A stretch of 64,000 nt of DNA from Promethearchaeota archaeon. GTDB lineage: Archaea; Asgardarchaeota; Lokiarchaeia; Sigyniarchaeales; SOKP01. Position 1 is the stretch's first letter, and every line of letters begins with the position of its first letter. Under the pieces are notes generated by a model. That model did not search any database. It had not been told where the DNA came from and worked only from the letters and a program-made list of their open reading frames with translations. The position numbers and the translations under genes were made by a program. The stretch is taken from NCBI GenBank assembly GCA_016839915.1, contig JAEOTH010000028.1, positions 15,433 through 79,432 of the forward strand, in the 5' to 3' direction. This document shows positions 19,316 through 28,771 of this stretch, piece after piece.

Positions 19316-19939
19316 TCAAGGTTTTAGATTCAACTTGTTTTGAAATTCTTTAAATATTTGATATAAATTATCTATTAGTTTTTCTTTGAAATCTGCATCA
19401 GAGAATAATCTATCAACATGATTTAAAGCTTTTTTTTGAAGAGATTCAACCTTATATAATACATCATCCAATCCTGGAAACTTACTTAAATTAAAACTCA
19501 ATTCATCAAATAAATTCAAAATAATATCATTTTTTTTTAATCCTTCTAACGTTAACGCATCCATAAGGGTTATAAAAGACGAAGTTATTTCTGAAGTGAT
19601 AGCAGGTAATTCTAAAAATGTCTGATCTTTTTGATATATTCTATTATCCGCAAGATTTAGAGAAGAGACTCGATTTATAATATCTATAGCAGAGTTATAC
19701 TCTTGATCCATTTTCATTCTCTTTAAGAGATCAGGTAAATGAATGTTATTTTCTTTCAAGGTAATGTTTAACTTAAATAGGCTATTCATAGTTGTTTTTA
19801 AAGCTTTTCTGAAGAAATTTCCATTTACAATACCTTTTTGATATTTATTATTTAAATTTGTAATTGATTTAACTAAGGCGAATAGTTCAGACTCAATTTT
19901 GTATTCAGCATCAAGATGATTATTATTATTTTCAGTCAT
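19316..19939 (-). CDS. Vps28-like (ESCRT-I) protein
   Basis: ESELFALVKSITNLNNKYQKG.. and ..ITSSFITLMDALTLEGLKKNDIILNLFDELSFNLSKFPG resemble eukaryotic Vps28 (ELFAVVKT.., SLFITVMDKLRLE..) as recalled from memory. Confidence 0.55.
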   Translation of the reverse strand: MTENNNNHLDAEYKIESELFALVKSITNLNNKYQKGIVNGNFFRKALKTTMNSLFKLNITLKENNIHLPDLLKRMKMDQEYNSAIDIINRVSSLNLADNRIYQKDQTFLELPAITSEITSSFITLMDALTLEGLKKNDIILNLFDELSFNLSKFPGLDDVLYKVESLQKKALNHVDRLFSDADFKEKLIDNLYQIFKEFQNKLNLKP

Positions 19940-20002
19940 TTTATACCTAAATAATTAAAAAACAGATTATTTATATAACGTTTGGAATGAGAGCTAATAA
20001 AT

Positions 20003-20923
20003 TTAACCAAATATTGTTGGACGTAAAAAGTAGAATAAAATCGCCACTAAAACACCAATTATAATGGTAGGGATCAACACTCGAGTTGTAGAAGAATTAC
20101 TTAATTCTCTTATAGCTAAAGTCATCAAAATTGGTATCCATATAGCAATTGTTAATGCATCAATGATATCTAAAATTAACCAAGTGTTTGAATTTAGCAT
20201 AAGATCGAATACAGCGGGATCAAAAGGAAAAATCACATCCGCATTTGGAAAGCCAAATAGAACAATCAATATTTTTATTGCATTAATAAGTAGAAATGGA
20301 GTGAATGCGCATAACATCATTCTGAATTTATAGGCACCTTCTAATTGTAACATAGTTCCACCTTTATATATACTAAATGGACTTACATCTGTTTCTTTAT
20401 ATTTTTCTTTTTCTTCTTTTACTCCTCCAAATCGCCTTTCTAACTTATCTGTAAAGCCTACGGCATAATTGGCGCCCTTACTAGATATCCATATTAGAAA
20501 CCAGAAGAAAATTAATTGAAAACAAAAACCAAATATAAAAAAAGATGCGAAAAAACTTAAGCTATATAAGAAGTGGGCAAATGAAAAAGGAGGCATGAAA
20601 AGAAAATTAAAATGTGAAAAGAATGCTAATCCCATTAGTCCATATAACAATGAACTAAATAATAATATTAACCATCCAGGAGCTTTACTTCTTTTATGAT
20701 TAATGTCGTGAAAAGCCTTTGGAGCATTCACAAAAAGATAAAAAATTTTCATATACCAAGGATAGGGTTCAGTCCATTCTGCTTCGTATCTTCTAAAAAA
20801 CCTAATAGTTTCAATTCTTTCTATTTTTAATCTAATACCACAGAAATTACAAGCAAAACTATCAGCAGTGTTCTCATTTCCACATCTAGGGCACCGTTGA
20901 AATGCGGCAACAGTCTGAGACAT
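20003..20923 (-). CDS. membrane protein with N-terminal zinc ribbon (possibly Yip1-family)
   Basis: CPRCGNENTADSFACNFCG followed by about 5-6 TM segments. Confidence 0.4.
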   Translation of the reverse strand: MSQTVAAFQRCPRCGNENTADSFACNFCGIRLKIERIETIRFFRRYEAEWTEPYPWYMKIFYLFVNAPKAFHDINHKRSKAPGWLILLFSSLLYGLMGLAFFSHFNFLFMPPFSFAHFLYSLSFFASFFIFGFCFQLIFFWFLIWISSKGANYAVGFTDKLERRFGGVKEEKEKYKETDVSPFSIYKGGTMLQLEGAYKFRMMLCAFTPFLLINAIKILIVLFGFPNADVIFPFDPAVFDLMLNSNTWLILDIIDALTIAIWIPILMTLAIRELSNSSTTRVLIPTIIIGVLVAILFYFLRPTIFG

Positions 20924-21014
20924 TCTTATTTGAATATTTTAATTTTTTATAATAAACATATAATAAAATAATCTTATAAAAATTTCTTCATATCTTCAGA
21001 TGTTTTTTTGTTAT

Positions 21015-22055
21015 TTATAGTAACTTTATTATAAAATGTGTTTTCTCAATTGAAACTTGGTAATTTCTATCCAGAAAGAATTTGATCAATTCAAGATTAG
21101 TCCTAGTATGATTTGTAACCTCAAGCACTTTTATTTTTGATGGTTCTTTAATAGTTGCCATGAAAGGAATTAATTGATCACTTAAATAATTATCAACCGG
21201 AATCTCTTTTTTGATATATGATATAATTTTATTAGCTGCTATAATTCCAAGGTCTTCTGATGTAATATTTTTTTCTCCGAGTATTGTTCCTGAAGAAATA
21301 ATTGCACCTGTATCTGAGAAAGCCCATAAAGAAAGGCCGACTCCTGGACTTAATGAATTTACATATTTAAAATTAATTCTAACTTCAATTCCTAAATTCT
21401 TATTTAGTTGAAATTCTGCGGATTTTTTAATTCTTTCACACACTTTTTTATTAATTAAATGATTGGTGCTGATAATCTCACCCTGAATTAATTCAACTTT
21501 TCCTAATTTAGTTAAATTAATTGGTTTAATTCTTTTAGGAGGATATATTGTGCATTTAGCAACCGCCCCTCCTTTAGGATAGAAACCATGTTTCAGAATA
21601 TCAATTTCAATGTTAAAACCATGATTCCTAAATATATTGTATGCTACGTGTTGAAGATAATTAAGACTAGGAGCCCATTTTCCAAATGTTCCACCTCCCC
21701 GTATAAAAATTTCAATTTTTTCTGGTTTATTAAAATTTAAACATGCAATTAGGATAGGTTGGAGTAATAATCCAATACTCCCTGCTGTTCCAATTTCAGC
21801 TTCAATATTACTTTTTATTGATTGTTTAGGGGTTAGTGTGATCTCTTTTGTCCCTACTCGACATTCTGACAATGTACTATTTGTTAATCTTGATAGGGTT
21901 TTTAAGCTCATTAAATGCTGGAGTCTCAATCCAGGCTTAGGTCTGTTTGCTCTTATATTTCTAATTCGAATAGGGCGTTGGAATAAAATTGAAAATCCTG
22001 CTCCAATCCTCAGGATTGCACCTCCTCCTTCCCCAAAGGAACCATCAATATCCAA
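21015..22055 (-). CDS. rtcA: RNA 3'-terminal phosphate cyclase
   Basis: DGSFGEGGGAILRIGAGFSILFQRPIRIRNIRANRPKPGLRLQHL. Confidence 0.85.
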   Translation of the reverse strand: MDIDGSFGEGGGAILRIGAGFSILFQRPIRIRNIRANRPKPGLRLQHLMSLKTLSRLTNSTLSECRVGTKEITLTPKQSIKSNIEAEIGTAGSIGLLLQPILIACLNFNKPEKIEIFIRGGGTFGKWAPSLNYLQHVAYNIFRNHGFNIEIDILKHGFYPKGGAVAKCTIYPPKRIKPINLTKLGKVELIQGEIISTNHLINKKVCERIKKSAEFQLNKNLGIEVRINFKYVNSLSPGVGLSLWAFSDTGAIISSGTILGEKNITSEDLGIIAANKIISYIKKEIPVDNYLSDQLIPFMATIKEPSKIKVLEVTNHTRTNLELIKFFLDRNYQVSIEKTHFIIKLL

Positions 22056-22069
22056 GAACTTATCTGACG

Positions 22070-23203
22070 TTATAAATCATCCATTTTTTTATATAATGAT
22101 TTTATTCTTTGAACTCCATTAAATTCTTTAATAAGCTCAACAACTTCTTTTGGTACTAGACTTTTCCACTTCTCATCATTCTTGCCAATTAAATTTCTAA
22201 TATTATTGCCATTGAATTTATTTTTGAAAATAGTTATTTTCTTCTCTACTTTGATACCTTTATTACTAAATAATACTCTTATCCATTCACTATTAGAATA
22301 AACAGAATTGAATTCCCCAACAATTGTGATTACATGATCTACCCATTTCTTAGCATTAAAAATATCTGAAATACAATATATATCATAAACCGCGGAGGAG
22401 ATACCTCTTTTTTCTAAAGCAGTCTTAATAAACTTTTTTCTTTCATCACTTGTAAATGGGTCATTTAGAGTATGAGATAACTGAGAGCTACCTATTCCAA
22501 TTTTAATTTTTTTATTAGATTTTAAGATTTTTTTAAGAACGTAAATATGTCCATGATGTAAGGGTTGAAATCTTCCTATAAACAGAGCATTTCTATTCAA
22601 ATTCCCAGTTAATGGTTCTATTTTATCCTCAAAGAGAGAAAAAATGTCTGTATTTAAAAGCTTTTTCCAGGTTTTTTTTGAATAGTCTATATTTTTTTCA
22701 GTTTCTAACAATTTTTCAAGTTCAGTTTTATTATAGAATCTACTGAATTTAATGTCTAACTCTCTCTGATCAGGATTTAATGGAACATTGTAATCAACAG
22801 TACCTATAAAAATATATGCAATTTCATCACCTTCAGTATTTATATCATAAAATTGTACCTTCTTGACTTTTCTTGAAGGAATTCCAAATTCTTCTTCAAG
22901 TTCTCTTAACGCATTATTCTTAATTTTATTTAAATCTAAATTTCTTGCCCAATTTACATGTCCTGAAGAAGAATCAGTAAAATACTGAGGGAATGTCTTT
23001 TTACTTTTTCCGCGTTTTTGAACTAAATATAAAATCTCGTCATCTGGTGTAACAGATAATATAAAAAATCTTGTAATTAAATGACATATCTTTTTATTAT
23101 GGGCTTCCACTCTTTCCATTGGAAAAATATATTTAGAAATCTGGCCAGATTGTAAGAATTTTTTGTTCTCTTTATCAATGCAAGCCAATATTTCTTTATT
23201 CAT
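22070..23203 (-). CDS. bifunctional Nudix hydrolase / nicotinamide-nucleotide adenylyltransferase (Nudix N-terminal)
   Basis: Nudix box ..SSSGHVNWARN..ALRELEEEFGI; C-terminal ALFIGRFQPLHHGHIYVLKKIL (archaeal NMNAT HxGH). Confidence 0.7.
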   Translation of the reverse strand: MNKEILACIDKENKKFLQSGQISKYIFPMERVEAHNKKICHLITRFFILSVTPDDEILYLVQKRGKSKKTFPQYFTDSSSGHVNWARNLDLNKIKNNALRELEEEFGIPSRKVKKVQFYDINTEGDEIAYIFIGTVDYNVPLNPDQRELDIKFSRFYNKTELEKLLETEKNIDYSKKTWKKLLNTDIFSLFEDKIEPLTGNLNRNALFIGRFQPLHHGHIYVLKKILKSNKKIKIGIGSSQLSHTLNDPFTSDERKKFIKTALEKRGISSAVYDIYCISDIFNAKKWVDHVITIVGEFNSVYSNSEWIRVLFSNKGIKVEKKITIFKNKFNGNNIRNLIGKNDEKWKSLVPKEVVELIKEFNGVQRIKSLYKKMDDL

Positions 23204-23219
23204 ATTTAATCATATTTAT

Positions 23220-24050
23220 TTATAATTTTAACATTATATTATCTCCTACTTTAAACCCCAATTTCTTAGAAGCATTTCCCTGATTAATTGAAAGTTCAAG
23301 AAAACCTGTAGAGCCAACAAGAAATAAAAGTGAATTGATTGGTACACTTGAAAAACTTGGAGAAAAGAATCCTTTATAATATTTTTCCCTTATTTTAACG
23401 CTGATCTCTAAGCCTTCCTTTAATATGAATTTAGTGTTTTGAATATTATTATTTACTAATGGAATATTTGTTGTTCCATTTCCAAAAGAATCTATATACT
23501 GAATCGAGCAATGGATAACTTTATTTTTAATATCAATGTTATATGGAAGTTTAAATTCATTTAAGTTATTAAGATTAAATTTAGGACCAAATGCACTTAA
23601 TAAAATATTTGTTGTCAAGTGGGCACCTATTGGAGCCATAATATCTCTTCCATGAAACGTATTTGAAGTAGGTATATTAAAGAATTCTTCGTTCTTTATT
23701 TCAATACAATCATCGATATTATTAATAAGAGCCCCTGAAAATATTCCATTATTTGGTCCAATAAAATAATGATCTGATTTGGTTTTTATTAATAAAATTT
23801 CTCGGGAACTTCCCACACCTGGATCAACTACAATTATAAAGATGGTTCCTTTAGGAAAATTCTTGTATATGGTTTTTAATATGTATGATGCTTCAATTAC
23901 TGAATATGGAGTAATATTATGCGTAATATCTATTATTTTTATATTTAGATTAATTTTTAAAATAACTGCTTTCATACTAGCTACATAATGTTGACCTTTC
24001 AAACCAAAATCAGAAAGTAAGCATATTATTTTTTGATTAAATTCTACCAT
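23220..24050 (-). CDS. SAM hydroxide adenosyltransferase / DUF62 (fluorinase-chlorinase family)
   Basis: LLSDFGLKGQHYVASMKAVI, VVDPGVGSSREIL. Confidence 0.8.
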   Translation of the reverse strand: MVEFNQKIICLLSDFGLKGQHYVASMKAVILKINLNIKIIDITHNITPYSVIEASYILKTIYKNFPKGTIFIIVVDPGVGSSREILLIKTKSDHYFIGPNNGIFSGALINNIDDCIEIKNEEFFNIPTSNTFHGRDIMAPIGAHLTTNILLSAFGPKFNLNNLNEFKLPYNIDIKNKVIHCSIQYIDSFGNGTTNIPLVNNNIQNTKFILKEGLEISVKIREKYYKGFFSPSFSSVPINSLLFLVGSTGFLELSINQGNASKKLGFKVGDNIMLKL

Positions 24051-24110
24051 TTTTGAAAAAAAGTAAGCAATATAGTGGAGTTTATTTATGAGAAATAAAG
24101 AAAGAGAGAT

Positions 24111-25016
24111 TTATTTATTTTTTCTATATTTTTCATCGATTTTATAAAAATCTTCTAATGCTTTTGATTTTAGTCTATATTCCTCTTCTTTATCAAATTG
24201 AACTAATTTTTTAGATATATCGCTAGCTTTTCTATAATGAGTATAAGCAGTATGAAAGTCTTCATTTCTGAGAGCATTTCTGGCTTCTTGGATAATTCTT
24301 TCTCTTTCTTTTGATAGTTCAGGAATTCTTTTAGAAAAATCACCTTTTTCTTTAAGTGAAGTAGCAATATCCATTACGTAGAGACTTTCTGCAATTTCGG
24401 CAGCTTTATTGTAAAATTTAGCAGCTTTCTCATAATCCAAATCTTTTATTGCTTTTTCAGCCATTTTGTAATTCTCTGAAATTTTGTTATGTTCTCCATT
24501 TTCCATCTTCTCTACAAGTTCTTGAGCTATTTTTCTTTCTTGTGTTTCACCACTTATCATAAATTTAGTGATGTTTATAATACTATCTTTTAAAGCTTTA
24601 GGTTGAAGTATGTCTATTAACGGTTCTAAATGCTCCAGATATACATCCTTTAATATTATTTCAAATTCTTCTCTTGGTTTTTTTAAAATATTAAGACTTG
24701 GAATTTCAAATGCTTCTGCTGCTTCTTTAAGAGATGAACGAAATTTTTCTGGTTTATCGTTTTCAGTTAATAATAAACCTATTATAAAACCTGAAGCATT
24801 CCGTTTTAATTTTCCCTTAAACTTATGATCATATGAAAAAATATGAAGATCCTTTATTTTTAGCAAATTATATTCATTTTTTGAATGATCAAGATTTAAT
24901 CTAAGAAATAAATCATTTGTTATTTCAAAATCTGACTTACCCTCTTTAAAATAATATCCCATTACTTTATAATCTGAATCTGTGGGAAGTAATATCACAA
25001 AACAGCCTGATGGCAT
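24111..25016 (-). CDS. hypothetical protein, N-terminal alpha/beta domain plus helical repeat C-terminus
   Basis: 301-aa ORF; C-terminal half has TPR/MIT-like helices (KAAKFYNKAAEIAESL, TAYTHYRKASDISKKL). Confidence 0.4.
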   Translation of the reverse strand: MPSGCFVILLPTDSDYKVMGYYFKEGKSDFEITNDLFLRLNLDHSKNEYNLLKIKDLHIFSYDHKFKGKLKRNASGFIIGLLLTENDKPEKFRSSLKEAAEAFEIPSLNILKKPREEFEIILKDVYLEHLEPLIDILQPKALKDSIINITKFMISGETQERKIAQELVEKMENGEHNKISENYKMAEKAIKDLDYEKAAKFYNKAAEIAESLYVMDIATSLKEKGDFSKRIPELSKERERIIQEARNALRNEDFHTAYTHYRKASDISKKLVQFDKEEEYRLKSKALEDFYKIDEKYRKNK

Positions 25017-25082
25017 AAAAATTTTGCACCTATTAATTCATGTTTATTAAATTAAGACAATACATAAAAAAATTAAAATTTA

Positions 25083-25502
25083 TTATTGACTGGCACTAAT
25101 AATTCTATTTGTTTCTTCTCGTATACTTTGAATGATGTTTAATAATTGAGCAAAATAAAGATTATCTGTTACTGCTTTCGAAGCTTGCTTTATAATATCA
25201 ATTGCTTTCTTTTCTTCTTCTGTTATTGCTTCAATAGCTTTTTTTTCCCAGAGTTCTTTTATTTTTTGATTAAAATCATCTGAAAGATCTGTTAGGCTTT
25301 TTGTAGATTGAACTCGGAATTGTTTTAATACTTCTACTATTAATCTAATATTTTCTGTCATAGCAACTGTTTGTTCAGAGAAGTTTTGACTCATTTGATT
25401 GATAGCTCCACTCATTTGATGGATTTGAGCTATAGTACCATCTAAGGATGCCATAATCTGATTAATTTTTTGAATCATTTCATCAAGTAATCGTTCTGCC
25501 AT
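25083..25502 (-). CDS. all-helical coiled-coil protein (paralogue of 25523..25936)
   Basis: 139 aa, MAERLLDEMIQKINQI.., heptad-like pattern. Confidence 0.4.
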   Translation of the reverse strand: MAERLLDEMIQKINQIMASLDGTIAQIHQMSGAINQMSQNFSEQTVAMTENIRLIVEVLKQFRVQSTKSLTDLSDDFNQKIKELWEKKAIEAITEEEKKAIDIIKQASKAVTDNLYFAQLLNIIQSIREETNRIISASQ

Positions 25503-25522
25503 TTTTTTGACACCTATATTTT

Positions 25523-25936
25523 TTATTCAACTACCTCTTCTTCTTTAATAGATTCTTTAAGGCTTTTAACTGAATCAATTGCTTCTGATAATAGTAAATT
25601 TACAGTTTCTTGATTCAGAATACCTTCAGAAAGTTTAGAAAAGTCATCAAGTTTTTTGATTAAATTTTTAAGAGCATCTAAACCTAAACCTTCTTGGATT
25701 AATTTCAATTCATCTGTTGTCCCTTCTCCGATTTCCCTTACAACATCTATATACTTAGTTTGAGTGTTAGTAATCTCATTAGAAAATTCCTCTAATTTCC
25801 CGGTTAAATTTGAAATTTTATCTTCAATATTATTGTTAAGAGAATTAAGAGAGTCGTTAAGCTGCTGTATTGAAGCGCCTAATTGAGCTATCCTTTTATA
25901 GATATTCTGAAGGAGGTCTGTTAACATTTCAGCCAT
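25523..25936 (-). CDS. all-helical coiled-coil protein (paralogue of 25083..25502)
   Basis: 137 aa, MAEMLTDLLQNIYKRI.., similar size and N-terminus. Confidence 0.4.
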   Translation of the reverse strand: MAEMLTDLLQNIYKRIAQLGASIQQLNDSLNSLNNNIEDKISNLTGKLEEFSNEITNTQTKYIDVVREIGEGTTDELKLIQEGLGLDALKNLIKKLDDFSKLSEGILNQETVNLLLSEAIDSVKSLKESIKEEEVVE

Positions 25937-26114
25937 AATATATCAACTTCTTCAATTTTTTTTTACCAATTTATAAATTTCTCTTTTTTTCACTTCAATT
26001 ATAAATATAACAGATTACACCAATAAAAAAATTTTTATCTTTTTATGTCTTTTGAGATTATAAAGTATTGCATTTCAAAAGTTTAAAAAAGGAATCAAAT
26101 ATAATAAGCTAGCA

Positions 26115-26286
26115 GGGCCATTTGCTTAGCTATTATCTAGACTTTCTCTAGATATCTGAAATGGTTAACAGGTTTAGAAGCTTGGTCAACAAGCGCAGGT
26201 CTTATAAATGACCATCGGACATACAATAAAAAATTGTCCGAAAAAGTAAAAACCTGAGATCCGGGGTTCAAATCCCCGATGGCCCA
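26115..26286 (+). tRNA. tRNA-Ile (UAU) with two introns
   Basis: Acceptor GGGCCAT/ATGGCCC, discriminator A, T arm CGGGG-TTCAAAT-CCCCG, anticodon stem CAGGT/ACCTG, mature loop CTTATAA. 54-nt D-loop intron 26130-26183 (helix GCTT/AAGC, bulges AGC/TTG) and 44-nt anticodon-loop intron 26208-26251 (helix TTAT/GTAA); mature 74 nt. Confidence 0.7.
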
Positions 26287-26408
26287 TATTTTTATTTTTA
26301 TTGATCGTGAAACATCTATTTTACGTTTTTTCACATATTTCTAAATAATACCTCAATATATGTTGAGGTAATATTATTGGATCAGATAATTTCAATAGAT
26401 AATTTTTG

Positions 26409-27089
26409 TTATTTATCTAGAAATGAACTAATTAAATCTAGAAGCCATCTTTTTATTTGTGTGAGATTTTTAAGAATACCGGGAATAAGATTTTCGGGAA
26501 AATTATGTTCTTGTTCTAATCTTTGAGCAGTTTCCATCCACTTATTCAATGCTAATTGTACTAGGCTTGCACCTTCAGCTTCCATAAACAAAGGAACAAC
26601 AGCTGCAGATTCCCGAGCATCCCCTATTGCAAAATATATTCTACGATTTACACCTTTTAGCATTACTAAGTTGGCACACTCATCAAGTTTTCTTTCAACT
26701 AATATGCTTTTTAAAACCTGGTTTTTTATTTCTACTTCTTTTGAAGCAAAAACTGCTTTTCTCTTCTTAAGTATAGGTTGAATTTCAGTAATCACTTTAT
26801 CACCAGTGGTACCTTCAGTAAAATATTTTGTGATTTTTAAAGAATTATCCAAAGCTTCTACAGCGGTAAATTTTTTGCTATTTGAATAAAAAACTGCTTT
26901 AGAACCACCTTGATCTTCGCTTGAAGATTGTTTTATATAAATATTTCTCATAGCCACCGAATTACATGTATGGTAAGCTAATTCAAATAATTCTCGAGCA
27001 AGTAAAGGGCCGTATGGTTCTTCTATTTGTTTAAAAAGCCATTGAGAAGTAATAACATTATTAAATTGGCTTAAAAGCCGGTTTTCCAT
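26409..27089 (-). CDS. hypothetical protein
   Basis: 226-aa ORF, no recognised family. Confidence 0.4.
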   Translation of the reverse strand: MENRLLSQFNNVITSQWLFKQIEEPYGPLLARELFELAYHTCNSVAMRNIYIKQSSSEDQGGSKAVFYSNSKKFTAVEALDNSLKITKYFTEGTTGDKVITEIQPILKKRKAVFASKEVEIKNQVLKSILVERKLDECANLVMLKGVNRRIYFAIGDARESAAVVPLFMEAEGASLVQLALNKWMETAQRLEQEHNFPENLIPGILKNLTQIKRWLLDLISSFLDK

Positions 27090-27208
27090 TGTGAATCCCT
27101 ACCTAATTTAAATCATTCAAATAATTTTTATTAAAATATAGAACTTCTAGTTTTTATTTATTTTTATTTCTGTTTAAATAGAAACTTAAAATATTTAGAA
27201 TATTTTTT

Positions 27209-28582
27209 CTATTGGACTATTTGATTATACGCTTTTTCAAATCTCTCAACAGCAGATAATATATCTTTTTCTGTTACTCCAATTGCAGCATTCATTACAA
27301 TATAGGGAGTTGGATAATTAGTACAACATGTTCCAAACATTTTTTCTTTTGGATTATATACTCTTGGTCCAGTTACTCTTAAATTATAGAGAGCTCCACC
27401 AAGAGCATATAATTGTTCATCTTTTATATTTTTTAAAGATAAAGCTACTGCAACTGGATTATATATATCAAGAATTCTTTCATTTAGTTTTTCAGCAATT
27501 TCTTTGAGTTTTGTTTCAAGAATTTTACGATTTTGCTGTTGTTCTTCAATTAGTTGTTGATAACCAGTAATACCTAAAGCTAACATAGAAATTAAGAAAT
27601 TCACAATTGGAGTTGCTGAGGCACGACCTGCATATGCTTGGCTGATTTTTTTTATATTCTCTTTTGATGGAGATGCAATTACAGCCCCTCCAACTGGTGT
27701 AAGGAAATTTTTATCCGTTGACTGAATTATCGCATCAACTCTACCCGCATCAATTCCAGATCGTATTAATTGCATCCATTTAGGAGCTTGAACACCATAT
27801 GCGTTTATAATAATATGAACGAGATTATTTTGTTGAGCAAATTTACTTATTTCTTTAATATCATCATTTTCACGAGGTGGAAAAAAACTAGTAATGGAAA
27901 TGACAGCAAAACAATCATCGTCTAATTCTTTTTTTATATCTTCAATAGGAATCCTAACGGCATCCCCAAAAATCTGCCCAGGGACAATTTTTGCTTTAAA
28001 ACCTATTAAATCAATTGATTTTAAGAGTGATTTATGATCAATTTGAGGAACTAAAACAGTACGTTTAGAAATCGAATTAATGTTGCTTTGATCTGGTTTT
28101 AAAGCTCCTAAAGTTAATGATAATGACATTCCAGTACATAATGGTACAATAATTGCGTCTTTTATGTTAGGTAATCCAGTATATTTCATTATATTTCGAG
28201 CTAAATAGTTAGAAAGCTCATACATTATTGAACCTCCGGGTGCTTTTGGTTGAGCAGCGGTTAAAAAACCACTTCTTCCTACACCATGACAAAATCCAGC
28301 TGATGTTTTTAATTGTAGTTTGGAAGCAATTCTCGCTTCTCTTTCACCTACTCGCGCGGCATTATTATCTTTATCTGTATCCATATTTGAAAGCGTTTGG
28401 AGAAGGAAATCAATTTGAGCATCAGTCCAAGGTTCTTTAGGAACTGATCTTTGTTCTAGAAGAGTTTTTATAGGTTTAAGGAACTCACTCAAAACCAGTT
28501 GACCTCTAATTAAAATATTCTCTGGAATATTTAAATTTTCAAAAAATTCTATTATTTTATTAAAATCAACCATTATTAACAC
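27209..28582 (-). CDS. spcS: O-phosphoseryl-tRNA(Sec) selenium transferase (SepSecS)
   Basis: ..AARVGEREARIAS..FCHGVGRSG.., PLP-Lys motif QSTDKNFLTPVGG; adjacent to tRNA-Sec. Confidence 0.85.
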   Translation of the reverse strand: MLIMVDFNKIIEFFENLNIPENILIRGQLVLSEFLKPIKTLLEQRSVPKEPWTDAQIDFLLQTLSNMDTDKDNNAARVGEREARIASKLQLKTSAGFCHGVGRSGFLTAAQPKAPGGSIMYELSNYLARNIMKYTGLPNIKDAIIVPLCTGMSLSLTLGALKPDQSNINSISKRTVLVPQIDHKSLLKSIDLIGFKAKIVPGQIFGDAVRIPIEDIKKELDDDCFAVISITSFFPPRENDDIKEISKFAQQNNLVHIIINAYGVQAPKWMQLIRSGIDAGRVDAIIQSTDKNFLTPVGGAVIASPSKENIKKISQAYAGRASATPIVNFLISMLALGITGYQQLIEEQQQNRKILETKLKEIAEKLNERILDIYNPVAVALSLKNIKDEQLYALGGALYNLRVTGPRVYNPKEKMFGTCCTNYPTPYIVMNAAIGVTEKDILSAVERFEKAYNQIVQ

Positions 28583-28596
28583 TTATAATAATAATT

Positions 28597-28689
28597 TGGC
28601 GGCCCTCGAGGGGAATCGAACCCCTATCCCTCCGCAGGATAACTGGGTTTGAAGCCCAGCGTCAGAGACCACTCCAACCGCCAAGGGCC
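28597..28689 (-). tRNA. tRNA-Sec (UCA)
   Basis: 93 nt: 9-bp acceptor, 7-bp D stem with 4-nt loop TGGT, anticodon loop CTTCAAA, long variable arm, 4-bp T stem GGGG-TTCGATT-CCCC, discriminator G and encoded CCA. Confidence 0.9.
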
Positions 28690-28771
28690 ATACATAATAA
28701 ATATTTCTAATTCAAATTATTTACCTTTTTAAAAGAAGTTTTTGGTTATAAATAATGATTAAACAAATGAT

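Noticed and set aside
26137-26334. 65-aa ORF on the minus strand.
   Set aside because: It lies entirely over the intron-containing tRNA-Ile gene and is an artefact.
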